A stretch of 63,847 nucleotides of DNA, counting the filler, from Octopus bimaculoides (lineage: Eukaryota), in the NCBI RefSeq assembly GCF_001194135.2. It is 7 parts of 6 records of this genome, joined end to end, with 100 filler letters (N's around TTAATTAATTAA, not from the genome) between each part and the next. Parts side by side here need not be neighbours in the genome. Positions count along the whole stretch, not along the records: positions 62,826 to 63,847 come from NW_026319637.1; 6 more parts are not named here. One strand, written 5' to 3'. Within the stretch, counting starts at the first letter, position 1, and the number at the start of each line of letters is the position of its first letter. A program made the position numbers and the translations under genes. The notes under the pieces are model-generated. The model was not told the origin of the DNA. It saw only the letters and a list, made by a program, of their open reading frames with translations, and ran no database searches. Of the stretch, positions 62,826 through 63,847 are shown one piece after another.

Positions 62826-63847
62826 GATAAACCTCTGTACCTGGCTTTCGTTGACATGGAAAAAGCCTTTGACAGAGTCCACCGATCCCTTATCTGGTGG
62901 TCAACGAGGAAACTAGGGATAGAAGAATGGTTAGTGAGAGCTGTGTGACCCATGTACAGAGGCACTGTCAGCAAGGTGAGGGTTGGCAACGAGTACTGTG
63001 AAGAAATCCGGGTAGAGGTAGGGGTCCACCAAGGTTCAGTCCTCAGCCCCCTCCTTTTTATCATAGTCCTCCAGGCAATAACAGTAATTCAAGACAGGAT
63101 ACCTCTAGGAGCTCCTGTATGCTGATGACCTTGTGCTAATTGCTGAGTCACTATCAGAACTAGAGGAGAAGTTTCAGGTGTGGAAGCAAGGACTAGAATC
63201 GAAGGGCCTTAGAGTCAACCTAGCTAAAATGAAAGTCCTAGTAAGTAGGAAGGTAGACAAAACACAAACCTCTTCAGGTAGATGGCCCTGCTCGATGTGC
63301 AGAAAAGGCATAGGCAGAAACTCAGTGCAAGCTATGGGCACACAAGAGGTGCAGCAATATCAAAGGAAGGTTAACTATTAAGTTAGTTTTTGTAAGTGGC
63401 AGATGTTCAGGAGCAATAAACACTGAAAATGTGCAGAAAACAACTTCTGCCACATTCCAGGAAGAAAAACTAGATGCAGTTGATAGCTTCTGCTATTTAG
63501 GTGACCAAGTTCGTAGTGGGGAGGGTGCGCTGAAAGTATAGCTGCTAGAATAAGAATGCTGGTGACAAAGGGCCTCTCAATCAGAGTAAAAGGTAGACTG
63601 TATGACGCATGTGTACGAACAGCCATGCTACATGGCAGTGAAACATGAGCTGTGACTGCTGAGGACATGTGTAAGCTCGCAAGGAATGTAGCCAGTATGC
63701 TCCGATAGTTGTGTAATGTCAGTGTTATACTCGACAGAGTGTAAGTACCTTGGGAGACAAGTTGAACCTAAGACGCCTCAGTTGTGGTGTGCAAGAAAGA
63801 CGATTGCGCTGGTATGGTCATGTGGCAAGAATGGATGAGGATAGCTG
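62826..63847 (+). mobile_element. Decayed RTE-clade LINE reverse transcriptase
   Basis: LYLAFVDMEKAFDRV..GVHQGSVLSPLLFIIVL..LLYADDLVLIAES..KGLRVNLAKMKV, with stops and frameshifts. Confidence 0.93.

Noticed and set aside
1-63847. Cephalopod-expanded C2H2 zinc-finger or protocadherin genes
   Set aside because: I saw no TGEKPY-type linkers or cadherin motifs in any frame I read.

Overview
AT-rich, repeat-dominated animal genomic DNA. The repeat content (two tRNA-derived SINE families, RTE LINE tails ending in (GAT)n, many (TA)n/(TG)n/(AAT)n microsatellites) is what I associate with octopod cephalopods; this is recall, not a database result. The window has many N gaps. It also has six N44-TTAATTAATTAA-N44 assembly linkers (24136, 29961, 40811, 46280, 54440, 62770), so segments on either side of a linker may not be truly adjacent. 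No complete host gene is present. Almost all protein-like sequence is decayed transposon: Penelope-like elements (PLEs), R4/Dong-type RLE LINE tails, RTE LINEs, Gypsy fragments, Tc1/mariner/maT transposases, and Helitron helicase and non-autonomous elements. Possible host features are one orphan exon (18447-18806, minus), a weaker 108-bp exon (25118-25225, minus) and a CpG-rich promoter/first-exon-like island (about 40230-40348). Main observations: (1) a PLE whose 3' end carries a 73-nt tRNA-like Pol III head, then (AAT/AAC)n, then a hammerhead-ribozyme pseudo-LTR; (2) at least five different hammerhead-bearing terminal-repeat families, several arranged as fold-backs; (3) a 241-bp MITE with perfect 31-bp TIRs and an 8-bp TSD (Merlin-like) whose interior is telomeric TTAGGG repeat; (4) a stack of three different R4/Dong-type LINE tails nested in (TAA)n.
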